NCBI GenBank assembly: GCA_963667785.2
Contig: CAXXMU010000006.1
Span: forward strand, 1,024,001-1,088,000
Length of the DNA stretch: 64,000 nt
Reading direction: 5' to 3'
Source of the DNA: Alphaproteobacteria bacterium
GTDB taxonomy: Bacteria; Pseudomonadota; Alphaproteobacteria; UBA828
Shown: piece by piece, positions 33,656 to 44,100 of the stretch
Position numbering within the stretch: the stretch's first letter is position 1
How the letters are laid out: every line of letters starts with the position of its first letter
Position numbers and translations under genes: made by a program
The notes under the pieces: model-generated
Told to the model about the DNA's origin: nothing
Database searches by the model: none
The model's input: the letters and a program-made list of their open reading frames with translations, nothing else

Positions 33656-36043
33656 CTATGTCTCCGCCCTCGGCCGCGTCATCTGCCAGTAGGCCAGCGC
33701 TCGCTCCTGGGCGAGGCGGAGCAGGGTGCCCTCGGCGTAGCCGCCTTCCGCGTCGTGATCGCCCGCCGGCATTCCCGTGAAGAGCGTCAACGCCTCGTGG
33801 ATGGTCGAGACCGCATGGACGCTGAACCGACCTGCCGCGCACGCCCGCGAGACCGCTTCGCTCACCATCAGGTCTCCGGCGTTCGAGTGGGGGACGATCA
33901 CGCCCTGGGTGCCGCTGAGGCCGTCCGCCTCGCACACCGCGAAGAACCCCTCGACCTTCTCCGTCACCGCGCCGATCGCCTGAACGTGCCCGAGCTGGTC
34001 GATCGCGCCGGTCATCGCGAGGTCCTGCCGGAGCGGCACGCCGGTGAGCGCGCTCAGGAGGCAGCATATCTCCGCGCCCGACGCGGAGTCGCCGTCGATC
34101 CCGCCATAGCTCTGCTCGAAGGCGACCGAGGCGGAGAAGGCCAGCGGATGGCCGGTCTTGAGCAGGTGGCGCATGAGGCCGCCCAGGATGTAGAAGCCCT
34201 TGGTGTGGATGGCGCCGGAGAGCTCCGCCTCGCGCTCGATGTCGACCATGCCGGCGCTTCCCGGACCCACGGTCGCGGTGATCCGCTGGGGGAAGCCGTA
34301 GGTCAGGGGGCCTGCGCTGACGACCGCGAGCCCGTTGATCTGGCCGATCTCGGCACCCGTCGTCTGAATCCCGATCCTGCCTTCGGCGATCAGCTGGCGG
34401 AAGCGACGCGCCGGCAGGTCGGCGCGCCGTCGCCCGCGACGGATCGCCTCGCTCACGTCGCCGCCTGCCACCGCGCCGCGCCCGGCCTTGCCGGCGAGGA
34501 ACGCGGCTTCCCGGGCGACATCGGCGAGGCGACCGAAACGCGTGGTCAGCCTGTCGCGCCGGCCCGCGACGCGGGCGCCGTGATCGGTTAGCGCCGCCAC
34601 GGCGTCACGCGAGAAGGGCAGAAGCGCCTCGTCGCGGGCGATGCGCGAGAGCACGCCGGCGTAGTACCGGACGCCCGTTTCGTCGCGCGGGATGGTGGTC
34701 TCGAAATCGGCCAGCACCTTGAATAGCTGCCCGAAGTCCGGGTCGCTGGCGCTCAGCAGCTCGTAGAGGCCGCCGTCGCCGATCAGCACCACCTTGACGG
34801 CGATCGGGATCGGGTCCGGCTTGAGGAAGGGTGCGCCGAAAGGGGACGCGGCCTCGGCCGGGACGATCTCCAGCGTGCCCGAGCGCAGGCTGCGCAACAG
34901 CATCTTCCAGGCGCCGGGCTCGGCGAGCACGTCGCGCGCCTCCAGGATCAGGAAGCCGCCGTCCGCCTGGAGGAGCGATCCCCCCCGGATCGTCATGTGA
35001 TCCGCGTGCGAGCGCCCCTCGGCCACGAATTCGCGCTCGATCTCGCCGAGGAGGTTCCTGAGCGAGGGCGTGTGCTCGATCACGATCGGGCAGTCGGAAG
35101 CGGCGTCGTGCTCGAGGATCAGGTTCACCCGATACCGCCGGGTCGCCGTCTCGATCTGGTCGAGAGCACCCAGCTTCTGCACCAGATCGGCCACCACGTC
35201 GGCGAGGAACTCGCGCACCGCCGGCGAATCGAACGCGGCCTCGATCGCATCGATGTGGTGGCCGAGGACGCGGCGCGTCTCGGCCTCGAGCAGCGCGCGC
35301 AGCTTCGCGCGATGGTCGGACCGGACCTCGGCAATCCTGTGGCCGAGCTCCTCGAACTTCAGAGCGAACGCGTTGATGCGGGTGCGGATATGCTCGAAGT
35401 CCTCGGCCGCGAGCGTGCCCTGGCTGCGCAGCGCCTCGAGTTGCTGCAGGGGCACCGCCTCGCCGTCGACGACCGGCAGGATGTCGGGCTGCACGCCGCC
35501 GGCCACCTGGCGCGTGACCAGGGCGAGGCCGTTGGCACGCAGCTCCTCCTCGAACGGTGCGCCGAGCTCGCGAATCGATTGCTGGGCGCCTTCGTCGAGC
35601 GCCGCACGCCTGGCGCGTACCGAATCCGCATTGAGGGCCTGGGCCAGCTCCTCCTCCACGAACTCGACGAGACGATCGACGCTGCGGCAGAACTCGCGGC
35701 CCCGTGCGCGCGGCAGCGTGAGCAGCCGCGGGCGGCCGGGCCGGGTGAAGTTGTGGACGTAGCAGCGGTCGTCGGCCAGGGGGCAGCCGGGACTGATATC
35801 CTCCAGCAATTGGCGAACCAGGCTCTTTCGCCCCGTGCCGGCGATGCCGCGCACATAGATGTTCTGGCCGGGCGCGAAGACCTCGAGCCCGTAGCGTAGT
35901 GCCTCGATCGCATCGTCCTGGCCGACGACACCGGTGATGGGGTCGACGTCGGCGGTGGTCTCGAACGGCGGCAGGAGCGAATCGCAGCTCCAGCGCAGCG
36001 CGTCTGCGCCGAGCGGCTTGACGCCCCTGGACCCTGAAGCCAC
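33656..36043 (-). CDS. Lon-like S16 protease (LonC/AAA_32 type)
   Basis: VVGQDDA, GQINGL, FEQSYGGIDGDSAS (Ser), EKVEGF (Lys). Confidence 0.9.
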   Translation of the reverse strand: MASGSRGVKPLGADALRWSCDSLLPPFETTADVDPITGVVGQDDAIEALRYGLEVFAPGQNIYVRGIAGTGRKSLVRQLLEDISPGCPLADDRCYVHNFTRPGRPRLLTLPRARGREFCRSVDRLVEFVEEELAQALNADSVRARRAALDEGAQQSIRELGAPFEEELRANGLALVTRQVAGGVQPDILPVVDGEAVPLQQLEALRSQGTLAAEDFEHIRTRINAFALKFEELGHRIAEVRSDHRAKLRALLEAETRRVLGHHIDAIEAAFDSPAVREFLADVVADLVQKLGALDQIETATRRYRVNLILEHDAASDCPIVIEHTPSLRNLLGEIEREFVAEGRSHADHMTIRGGSLLQADGGFLILEARDVLAEPGAWKMLLRSLRSGTLEIVPAEAASPFGAPFLKPDPIPIAVKVVLIGDGGLYELLSASDPDFGQLFKVLADFETTIPRDETGVRYYAGVLSRIARDEALLPFSRDAVAALTDHGARVAGRRDRLTTRFGRLADVAREAAFLAGKAGRGAVAGGDVSEAIRRGRRRADLPARRFRQLIAEGRIGIQTTGAEIGQINGLAVVSAGPLTYGFPQRITATVGPGSAGMVDIEREAELSGAIHTKGFYILGGLMRHLLKTGHPLAFSASVAFEQSYGGIDGDSASGAEICCLLSALTGVPLRQDLAMTGAIDQLGHVQAIGAVTEKVEGFFAVCEADGLSGTQGVIVPHSNAGDLMVSEAVSRACAAGRFSVHAVSTIHEALTLFTGMPAGDHDAEGGYAEGTLLRLAQERALAYWQMTRPRAET

Positions 36044-36178
36044 GGCTCACCTCATTCGCGACTGCTCTATATGGTCGCTTCGCCGTCCTGGAGCAACTCG
36101 GTCGCGCTCCCGGCGCCGATGCCGCAGCCGCCGAGCTACGCGGCGCCCGGCTGCGCCCTGGCGGCTGGAGCAGAGGGT

Positions 36179-37066
36179 CTATACGGGCTGCGCGATCCGG
36201 GCCGGATCGCCGGTATCGAGAGTCGTGACGCGGCGCATCTCCCGCCGGTGCCGGGTGTCGTCGAAGGCGCGCGCCCGGTGCATCGTGGCGCGGTTGTCCC
36301 AGATCACGAAGTCGCCGCTCCGCCACGTGTGCCGGTAGACGAGCTCGGGCCGGGTCGCGTGCTCCATGAGGTCGCGGAGCAGCAGCCGGCCGTCGGGAAC
36401 GGGCCGGTCGAGAATCCGCGACGCGTGCGAGGCAAGGTAGAGGGAGCGCCGCCCGGTGCGCGGGTTGTTCAGCACCAGGGGCTGAACAGCCCCCTTGAGC
36501 CTGTCGCTCTCCTCCTCGGAGAACTCGAAGCCGAGCGTCACGCGCGAATAGGCGATCGAATGGTGCACGCGGAGACCCTCGAGGCCCGCCTTCGTCTCGT
36601 CTTCCAGCGTGTCGTAGGCGGCCCGCATGTCCGCGAACTCGGTGTCGGCCGCGACCGGCGGCAGCGCCAGGGCGGCGAGCATCGAGTAGCGGCCGCGCGG
36701 GTCCTGAAACGACGCGTCGGTGTGCCAGAGGCGGTTCGCGAGGCCGTACTGACGCTTCCTGCTGTCCGCCTCCAGAAGCTCTCCATCGGCATCGACGTTC
36801 GAGACATCGGTGAGCGCTTCGTCGCCGAAGCGGCTCTCCTGCAGGACACTGATGCCGGTCTTGCGATGGAGGTCCCCGTCGAGCCGGACGGCGAAGTCGC
36901 GCTGCTCCTCGCTCGAGAACGCCTGGTCCCGGAACACGAGTACCGCGTGCTCGTCCATGCCCTCCCGGATTCGCTCGAGCGTCTCGTCGTCGTGCACGCA
37001 GCGCAGGTCGAGCGGGCTCGCCTCGGCGGCGAAGCGCGGGTGAAGCCTGTGGAAATCGAGGGTCAT
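36179..37066 (-). CDS. TauD/TfdA-family Fe(II)/2-oxoglutarate dioxygenase
   Basis: WHTDASF, TEFADMRAAYD, WDNRATMHRA. Confidence 0.92.
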   Translation of the reverse strand: MTLDFHRLHPRFAAEASPLDLRCVHDDETLERIREGMDEHAVLVFRDQAFSSEEQRDFAVRLDGDLHRKTGISVLQESRFGDEALTDVSNVDADGELLEADSRKRQYGLANRLWHTDASFQDPRGRYSMLAALALPPVAADTEFADMRAAYDTLEDETKAGLEGLRVHHSIAYSRVTLGFEFSEEESDRLKGAVQPLVLNNPRTGRRSLYLASHASRILDRPVPDGRLLLRDLMEHATRPELVYRHTWRSGDFVIWDNRATMHRARAFDDTRHRREMRRVTTLDTGDPARIAQPV

Positions 37067-37186
37067 GAGTCGGTCCGGCAGGGCGCAGGCTATGGCACGA
37101 CAGGGTAGCGCGAACGGTCCCCCTGCGGCCACTCCACCCGCACCCGCCGGCGCGCGCGAAATCGAGCGAACTTCTCGATCAGGACA

Positions 37187-37960
37187 CTAGCCCGGCGGCA
37201 GGCCGGCGGTGAGGCCGCCGTCGATCACGAGCGCCGTGCCCGTGATCCAGCTTGCCTCGTCGGAGGCGAGATAGAGGAACGCCGCCGCGATCTCGGCGGG
37301 CTGGCCCATGCGGCCCAGGGGATGCGCGGCACGAGCCGCCGCCCGGCTTGCCTCCGGGTCGTCCTGCGCCTCGAAATACGCGGCAGCCATCGGCGTCTCG
37401 ACGAAACCGGGACAGACGCAGTTCACGCGGATGCCGTGGGCGGCGCCGTCGAGAGCCATGCACCTGGTGAGCATCACGACCCCCGCCTTGGCGGCGGAAT
37501 AGCCGTGCTGACCGGCCATGCCGATGACGCCGGCAACCGATGCCGTGTTCAGGATCGACCCGCCGCCGGCCGCGACGAAGCGGGGCCATGCCGCCCGGCT
37601 ACACCGGTAGATGCTCGAAAGGTCGAGGTCGAGCACGCGATCCCACTCGCCGGCGGCGAGGGTCTCGACGGTGCCGGGCATTGGAATCGCGGCGTTGTTC
37701 ACGAGGATGTCGACGCCGCCGAGCGCCTCCCAGGCGCGATCCACCATGGCAGCGACGGACTCGTCGTCTCCGACGTCTGCGGCGAGGCCTGTCGCCGTTC
37801 CTCCCCGGGCGCGTATGGCGGCCGCCTGCCTGTCCGCGCCGGCGCCGTCGAGATCGGCAATCGCGACGGCCGCCCCTTCCGCCGCGAAGCGCTCGGCGGT
37901 CGCGGCGCCGATGCCGGACGCACCGCCCGTGACCAGCGCGCGTTTGCCCGACAAGCGCAT
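37187..37960 (-). CDS. Short-chain dehydrogenase/reductase
   Basis: TGGASGIG, NNAA, YSAAK, VCPG. Confidence 0.92.
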   Translation of the reverse strand: MRLSGKRALVTGGASGIGAATAERFAAEGAAVAIADLDGAGADRQAAAIRARGGTATGLAADVGDDESVAAMVDRAWEALGGVDILVNNAAIPMPGTVETLAAGEWDRVLDLDLSSIYRCSRAAWPRFVAAGGGSILNTASVAGVIGMAGQHGYSAAKAGVVMLTRCMALDGAAHGIRVNCVCPGFVETPMAAAYFEAQDDPEASRAAARAAHPLGRMGQPAEIAAAFLYLASDEASWITGTALVIDGGLTAGLPPG

Positions 37961-38066
37961 CAAGGCCTGCTCGGTGGGGAGAACGTCGGGGTCATGGGCC
38001 GGCCGGGCGTGCCATTCAGGGGATGACGAGGGTACAGACGCTGCGGCCGCGGCGGCAAGGCCGGCA

Positions 38067-38537
38067 TCAGCCGTTCGCTTCTGAGCCCGCGTGGCGTGCC
38101 TCCGCGTGTGCCTTCAGCGCCTCGCCCACGTCGGCGAAGCCGCGGCGCATGGAGCCGCCGAAGCACGCCCACACGAGCGGTGCGAGCAGACCCGTCAACC
38201 CGTCCGTGTTGTGATAGCTGCAGCTCGTCGCGTCGAGGGGCTCGAGATGCTGTCCCCGCACCGCGTGCAGGAGCCACCGGGCTCCGAATGTCTTTTCCCA
38301 GGCGATCAGCCGGGGCTCGTCGAACGCGCATACGGTCTCGGTGATTCTGAAGGTCGACGAGCCCATCCTTACCAGCAGGTGCGCAGGAGAGCCGATTGCG
38401 AAGTCCGTTCGGGCCTTGGGCGTGAACGGGTTCCACTCGCCGTAGCTCTCGACCGCGGTCAGAACGCGCCAGACGGTGTCGACCGGCGCGTCGATCCGAA
38501 CCGGCTCGGTACGAACTTCATATGTCGGCATCGTCAT
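38067..38537 (-). CDS. SRPBCC/START-like ligand-binding protein
   Basis: IDAPVDTVWRVL...YGEWNPF; C-terminal EALKAHAE. Confidence 0.82.
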   Translation of the reverse strand: MTMPTYEVRTEPVRIDAPVDTVWRVLTAVESYGEWNPFTPKARTDFAIGSPAHLLVRMGSSTFRITETVCAFDEPRLIAWEKTFGARWLLHAVRGQHLEPLDATSCSYHNTDGLTGLLAPLVWACFGGSMRRGFADVGEALKAHAEARHAGSEANG

Positions 38538-39589
38538 GCATCCCCAGGGTTCTCAAGCATTCTGACCCGGTCATCCGACCGCTCCCGGCGCTCCCGCGAT
38601 CTGGCCACCAAGTCTTCGCTGGCGGCCCACAATCTGGCGCCGTTTTTCGGATCGGCCGCAGCCGGCAGGACGGACTTCCGCTGCATCAGGTGGAGATAGA
38701 TCCCCGTGGCGCCGCCCGCCTCCTCGGCGCAGCAGAGATAGATCGCCGGCCCCATGGCCTCCTCGGGCGATTGCAGGAAATGCCGCATCACCGGGTCGAC
38801 GATCGGCTTGAGCAGCGCCGGCGCGTCCCTTGCGATGTTGGAGGCGATGCCGCCGGGGCACATCGCGTGCACCGCGACCTCGACCGCGTTGCCCGGGTTC
38901 AGGCGGCGCGACAGCTCGGTCGCGTACATGCAGAGAAGCTGCTTGCTGATGCCGTAGTACTTCAGGCTCTCGTTCGTCCGGTAGTCCGTGAATTCGCCCA
39001 GACGAGCGAAGTCGACGACATGGAAGGAGCGGTGCGCTTCGGACGAGACGAAGACGATCCTCGGAGTCTCGCCGGGCCGGCCCGACGGGCGAATCACCCC
39101 GTCCTGCAGCCATCGGTCGATCATCACGCGCGAGGACAGGAAATGAACGGCAAACATCATCTCGTATCCCTGGGCGGATTTTCTCGCTCTCGGCGGCATC
39201 AGGCCGGCATTCATCAGCGCGACGTCGAGGCGGACGCCGCGCGCCTTCAGCAGGTCGCACAAGCGATGCACGGAATCGAGATCGGCGAGATCGACCTCCA
39301 TCATCTCCACGGCCGAGGAGCCTGACAGCCTCGCGACGTCGTCGCGGCATTCGCCGTGTCCGGGTCGACAGGCCAGGATCATGGCGCCGCCGCGCCGCGC
39401 GAGCTCGACGGCGGCAGCCTTGCCCAGGCCGCTGTTGGCGCCCGTCACCAGGCAGGTCCTGCCGTCGATCCGCACGTCGCCGGGAACCGGGTCGACCTCG
39501 TCGTGCTTCGGCCGCCTGAGGTCCTGGACCGCGGCGACGAGCGCGCCGAGGGGCGTGCCGTCTCCGACGAGTCTGGGCTCCCTCTCCAC
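38534..39589 (-). CDS. SDR, retinol-dehydrogenase/WWOX-like
   Basis: TGANSGLG, DLADLDSV, NAG, VSSEAH, YGISK. Confidence 0.88.
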   Translation of the reverse strand: MEREPRLVGDGTPLGALVAAVQDLRRPKHDEVDPVPGDVRIDGRTCLVTGANSGLGKAAAVELARRGGAMILACRPGHGECRDDVARLSGSSAVEMMEVDLADLDSVHRLCDLLKARGVRLDVALMNAGLMPPRARKSAQGYEMMFAVHFLSSRVMIDRWLQDGVIRPSGRPGETPRIVFVSSEAHRSFHVVDFARLGEFTDYRTNESLKYYGISKQLLCMYATELSRRLNPGNAVEVAVHAMCPGGIASNIARDAPALLKPIVDPVMRHFLQSPEEAMGPAIYLCCAEEAGGATGIYLHLMQRKSVLPAAADPKNGARLWAASEDLVARSRERRERSDDRVRMLENPGDA

Positions 39590-39637
39590 GGCTTGCGCTC
39601 CCTCGGCCTTGTCCGTTCCTGCCGTGCAATCCGGCCT

Positions 39638-40897
39638 TCATTCGAAGGGAATCGCGTACTTCCTGCGATAGGCGGAAAAACTCTCCTCGATGATCTCCTC
39701 GCTCAGCCCGAAATCGCCCAGGCGGTAGGTATGCCTGCCGAAACGGTTCTGCGGATTCGCCTCGATGTAGCTCCCGGCGCTCCGGACCGCCGGCTCGTCG
39801 AATTCGATCCCGAGCCGCCGGCAGAGCCGCCGCAGTTGAGCGACGGGATCCTCGATCAGGTCATAGTACGACACGTCGATGAATCGGTCGGGCTCCGCCC
39901 CGGAGCGGGCCGCTTCGGTCGACGCGACCATCCTGCGCGTCTTCCTGCACCAGTGTCTCGCGATCTCGCCCGGATCCACCACGTCGCTGAAGATGCCGCG
40001 GCCGTGCGCGACCATGCTGCAGAACGACGGCAACGCCTTCCGCGGGTCGCGGTGGGTCTGCACGATCGTCGCATGCGGAAACGTCTTCAGGACTATGTCC
40101 ATGTATTCCATGTGATGCGGGGTCTTCAGCACCCACAGCCTGCCCGGACGCCGCCAGCACATAATCTTCAACACCGTGCGAAAGTACGCGTAGGCCCGCG
40201 TGTGGTCCTGCTCCTCCAGCCAGCGGGAATATCCCGGCACGTGCATCATCGCCTCGGGCGCCTGACTCATGAAGTTCAGGTCGAGCAGCATGACGTCCTC
40301 TTCCGGCCCGGCGTGGTCGACCGGGTGGACCGCCATGAACTGCGGCGACAGGTAGGAGATCGCCCGTTGCACCAGAAGCGGGCGGAGCCTGCGGGCGATG
40401 GCCGCGCGCCCCCTCATGCCGCCCGCCGGCACCGGGTCGAGCACTTCGCTACCCGAGAGGCCGCGGATGGCGGGGTGAGAGTTGAGCAGGCGGTGCAGCA
40501 GCGTCGTTCCGGTGCGCTGCAATCCGGTCACCAGGATGATCGTGCCGAGCTCGATCTCGTGTATCTCCGGGTGCCGCCTGAGCAGGTCCTCGATCCGCAG
40601 ACGCTGGACGAGCGCGCCGGCAAGGCGGGACTTCTGGATCAACCGGCCCGTGGCGGTCAGCCGGGCTTCCTCGTTGATCGAGTCGACCAGCACGTGGAGC
40701 GCCTCGGCGTGCCCGTCATCGCCGAAATCGGCGAGCCCGGTCTTGCGTCTGGCATGCTCGAGGAGAGCGTCCACGTCCAGCCGGCGCGACGGCCCCGACC
40801 TGCCGTTCGACCCGCCCAGGGCGTTGAGCACCCTGACCGGGAGCGGACGATGCGGGCGCTCATAGTCCGTCGACGTGACGCGATCCCTCCTGCCCAC
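39638..40897 (-). CDS. PAPS-dependent sulfotransferase family protein
   Basis: GLQRTGTT (5'-PSB), WVLKTPHH, THRDP; start uncertain (GTG 40897). Confidence 0.85.
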   Translation of the reverse strand: MGRRDRVTSTDYERPHRPLPVRVLNALGGSNGRSGPSRRLDVDALLEHARRKTGLADFGDDGHAEALHVLVDSINEEARLTATGRLIQKSRLAGALVQRLRIEDLLRRHPEIHEIELGTIILVTGLQRTGTTLLHRLLNSHPAIRGLSGSEVLDPVPAGGMRGRAAIARRLRPLLVQRAISYLSPQFMAVHPVDHAGPEEDVMLLDLNFMSQAPEAMMHVPGYSRWLEEQDHTRAYAYFRTVLKIMCWRRPGRLWVLKTPHHMEYMDIVLKTFPHATIVQTHRDPRKALPSFCSMVAHGRGIFSDVVDPGEIARHWCRKTRRMVASTEAARSGAEPDRFIDVSYYDLIEDPVAQLRRLCRRLGIEFDEPAVRSAGSYIEANPQNRFGRHTYRLGDFGLSEEIIEESFSAYRRKYAIPFE

Positions 40898-40917
40898 GGC
40901 GCTGCCCCTCTGCCCAG

Positions 40918-42102
40918 CTAATCTCTCAGGCTGCTCAATTTGACCAGCCGGGTGTGGGGCTGAGGAGTCTCCCTGGCGCGCACCCACCGGAAACACATGG
41001 TCCCGGACATATGACCGGCGGTCTCGATCCAGTTGGGCCGGCCGGGATCGTCGTGCGCCACGATCAGCCGAACGGAATTGTCGTCCTCGTGGTGGGCGAG
41101 ATGCTTGTTGGTGTGAATCCTGTGATGCCGATAGTCCAGGGATTCCATCCAGTAATTGTTCAGCTGAAAGTTCCAGTACCCGCACTCGGGAGGCGTGACC
41201 TCGATCACCAGGGCCTCGTCCTCCGCGATCGCCCAATGGCTGTGATAGTAGGTGATGTTGGGATCGCCGCCGGCGGCCAGCGACACCTCCGGATCGAACA
41301 TCGGCAACGCGTTGCTGTGCTTCTGGAAGTCCCGCGCCCACTTCGCGAACAGCAGCGGCGCGCCGGCGACCAGCGCTCCCGCCTTCGACAACCCCTCGTC
41401 GAGCTGTCTCGGGGTCAGGGGGGCGGGACGGCGTTCATGCTCGGGACAGTCGATGCGCTCGATCCGCAGCTCCGCCGGCCTCTCCGTTTCCCGGTCGAGG
41501 AAGGTCTGCCGCACGACGAGGGTGCCGGTTTCGGGCGTCATGGGCAGCCAGTTCTCAGGCTGCGGCCTGGCGCTGAGCACGAGCTCGAAGTTGCCGTCTG
41601 AATCCATCTCGATCTGATCGGCTTCGATATGGCCGGTGGGAGGCAGGCCGCCGCCCTCGCCGTAGTTGCCGGACTGGGTGCCGAAGCTCAGATAAGCGAT
41701 CGTGTTGCGCCGTCCCGTGATCCTGTATTCGTAGCTGCCGTCCAGGGCAGCCGTCTGGTAGAAGTTGTCCGGATTGTCGGCCCCCAGCTTGGTGACCTCG
41801 TCGACGACACGATGCAGCACCGGAGCCTTGGCGTCCGCGTGCTCGACGAACGCCAGCAGGCCGGCGCGGGCGATGCGGCTGAGGTAGCGGTAGCCCTCCG
41901 CCTGGTTAAACGAATCCTGCGGCGCACCGGGAAAGGTCAACGCCGCTCCCGCCGCCTTGAGGGTGTCGCAGAACTCGTCCCAGGCCTCGCCGCGGACGAC
42001 CCGCCGGGCGGCGATGTCGTCGTCACTCCTGCCCCGCAGCCGCCGGATCAAGAGGGATATCCGGCGAAACAGGGTCAGGAGACATATGACGAGCCTTCGC
42101 AT
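40918..42102 (-). CDS. DUF1214-like protein
   Basis: AEGYRYL, GADNPDNFY, YWNFQL, ESLDY, DPGRPNWIET. Confidence 0.78.
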   Translation of the reverse strand: MRRLVICLLTLFRRISLLIRRLRGRSDDDIAARRVVRGEAWDEFCDTLKAAGAALTFPGAPQDSFNQAEGYRYLSRIARAGLLAFVEHADAKAPVLHRVVDEVTKLGADNPDNFYQTAALDGSYEYRITGRRNTIAYLSFGTQSGNYGEGGGLPPTGHIEADQIEMDSDGNFELVLSARPQPENWLPMTPETGTLVVRQTFLDRETERPAELRIERIDCPEHERRPAPLTPRQLDEGLSKAGALVAGAPLLFAKWARDFQKHSNALPMFDPEVSLAAGGDPNITYYHSHWAIAEDEALVIEVTPPECGYWNFQLNNYWMESLDYRHHRIHTNKHLAHHEDDNSVRLIVAHDDPGRPNWIETAGHMSGTMCFRWVRARETPQPHTRLVKLSSLRD

Positions 42103-42114
42103 GGGTCACCCCTC

Positions 42115-42322
42115 CTAGAGCGTATCCGTCTTTGGCGGATACGCGACAGGCCGCGACTGCGGCCCGCCGCTTATGCGGCGCCCTCGCGGAGGCGCCGGCC
42201 GTCGCGCCGGAAGGCGCGCGGTATCGAATGACGGCCGGAAGGCGCGCGGGACCGCTGGACGGCCGGCTGCCGTGAGCGACAAAGAGGCTGGAGCGTTTCC
42301 GTGTAAAGCGGACACGCTCTAG
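42115..42322. mobile_element. MITE-like 208-bp element with 14-bp terminal inverted repeats ending in CTAG
   Basis: CTAGAGCGTATCCG (42115) matches the reverse complement of 42309-42322 (CTAGAGCGTGTCCG) at 13/14; hairpins at both ends. Confidence 0.55.
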
Positions 42323-42409
42323 CCAGCGCCCTCCCCGTTGCCGCTCGTCCGTTGCTACGCCGGCGCCGGCCGCAAGGCAACGCCCCGACCAGCGTGCAGC
42401 TCGCCTTCC

Positions 42410-43660
42410 TCAGCGCACGGACGAGACGCCCTCGATGGCGCGATGGAGATAGAGGAGGCCGATCACGCCTGCGCTCACGGCGCCGAGGAGCCAAAGACCC
42501 GCGTCGAATCCGCCGGTGAGGTCCGACGCGGCGCCGATCGCGAGCGGGCCCAGCACGCCGCCCACCTCGGCCGCCGAGAAGAAGAGGCCGACCGCCGCCC
42601 CGGTGTGGCGGGTGCCGACGCCGCGCGTCTCCATGAGAACGAGGATCAACACCGCGATCAGCGAGCCCCGCGCGATGCCCTGAAGGATCATGGCGACGAC
42701 GAGCGCCGGCACGCCCGCGATCAGCAGCACCAGCGCGCCGGCGCCGGTCGAGAGCGAGAGGACCAGCAGGATGGCGAAGCGCCGGGGCGGCGTCGCCAGC
42801 CTCGGGAAGATCAGCGCGCCGACGATCCCGATGGCCGTGGGAACCGCCGACCAGAGGCCGGCCTCGTCCGCCGCCATGCCGCCGGAGCGCAGCATCTCCG
42901 GCAGCCAGTTGCCGAGCGCGTGATGGACGAAGAAGGCGCCGATGCTCATCGCCAGGATGACCCGGATCGCCGGCAGACGCAGAAGCCTGCGAAAGACCGC
43001 GATCTGGCCCGCGATCGTCTCGCGATGACGTGCGGCGCGCTCGACCACGCGGTTGACCGGATGGCGGCCCAGCAGGAACCAGGCGACGGCCGCGGCGAGG
43101 ATGAAGCCGGTGTGAATCAGCATGACCTGGCGCCAGTCGCCGCCGGTGAGCGGCATCAGGACGCTGTTGGTCAGCACCAGCGCGAGCATGTTGCCGAGCG
43201 CAGGGCCGGTGATGTAGACGCCCATGGCGAAGCCGCGCTCCGCGCCCTGGAACCATTGCGCGATCGCCTTCGGCGCGCCGATGGAGATGAGCGGCCCGCC
43301 GATGCCGAACAGCCCTACCGCCACGAACATCGTGGCACCGTCGAAGGCGACGGCGCGCAGTCCGCCCGATGCGGCGATGATGAGGGCGGCGAGGAACAGC
43401 GACCACGTGAGCCCGACGCGGTCGACGAAGGCCCCGCAGGGAACGGCGGCCACGATATAGACCAGCGGCCACGCGCCCAGGATGGCACCCATGGTCGTGT
43501 AGCTGAGGCCGAGGTCGCGGCTGACGGGCTCGATCAACGGCGCCATCGCCGCGGACAGCAGGCCGAAGCCGAAGTAGATCAGCCAGACTCCGCCCAGCAT
43601 GGCCCAGCGGTAGCCGTGGTCGTGGGGCGCGGGCGGCGGCGCAGGCGCGGGGTGGGGCAC
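42410..43660 (-). CDS. MFS transporter
   Basis: About 12 TM segments; GAFVDRVG motif A, QWFQGAERGFAMG. Confidence 0.88.
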   Translation of the reverse strand: MPHPAPAPPPAPHDHGYRWAMLGGVWLIYFGFGLLSAAMAPLIEPVSRDLGLSYTTMGAILGAWPLVYIVAAVPCGAFVDRVGLTWSLFLAALIIAASGGLRAVAFDGATMFVAVGLFGIGGPLISIGAPKAIAQWFQGAERGFAMGVYITGPALGNMLALVLTNSVLMPLTGGDWRQVMLIHTGFILAAAVAWFLLGRHPVNRVVERAARHRETIAGQIAVFRRLLRLPAIRVILAMSIGAFFVHHALGNWLPEMLRSGGMAADEAGLWSAVPTAIGIVGALIFPRLATPPRRFAILLVLSLSTGAGALVLLIAGVPALVVAMILQGIARGSLIAVLILVLMETRGVGTRHTGAAVGLFFSAAEVGGVLGPLAIGAASDLTGGFDAGLWLLGAVSAGVIGLLYLHRAIEGVSSVR

Positions 43661-43666
43661 GCGCTC

Positions 43667-44080
43667 TCAGGGCCGGCGCGGGCGGAAGCGGGGCAGCGTG
43701 AGCGACTCCGTCACGCGGTCGAACACGACCTCGACCGGGAGTCCGACGCGGAGCGTCTCCGCCGGGCACTCGACGATGCTCGCGGTGAGCCTGACCCCTT
43801 CCGCCAGCTCGATCTGCGCCACGGCGTAGGGGATCTCGGCCCTGAACGCGGGGAACCAGTCCTGGTGGACCACCGTCCAGGTGGAGACGGTGCCGTGGCC
43901 CTGCGCCTCCTCCCAGCCGATGCGTCCGGAGAAGCAGTCGGGGCAGACCGGGCCGGGCGGCCAGTGCCAGGCCTGGCAGTCGCCGCAACGGGGGAGCCGG
44001 AGCGCTCCCTCGTGCGCGCTCTCCCAGAAGCGCGCATTGTCCGGGTTGATCCGTGGCGCGGGCTTCTCGTAATCGCTCAT
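43667..44080 (-). CDS. Zn-ribbon/OB-fold protein (DUF35)
   Basis: CGDC...CPDC, GTVSTWT, IELAEGVR, LPRFRP. Confidence 0.9.
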   Translation of the reverse strand: MSDYEKPAPRINPDNARFWESAHEGALRLPRCGDCQAWHWPPGPVCPDCFSGRIGWEEAQGHGTVSTWTVVHQDWFPAFRAEIPYAVAQIELAEGVRLTASIVECPAETLRVGLPVEVVFDRVTESLTLPRFRPRRP

Positions 44081-44100
44081 CCGCCGCTCCCCGGTCCTGC

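Noticed and set aside
33656-36043. Walker A GTGRKS lacking the canonical Lys in the Lon-like protease
   Set aside because: A degenerate ATPase site is an established property of LonC-type proteases, so it is not novel.
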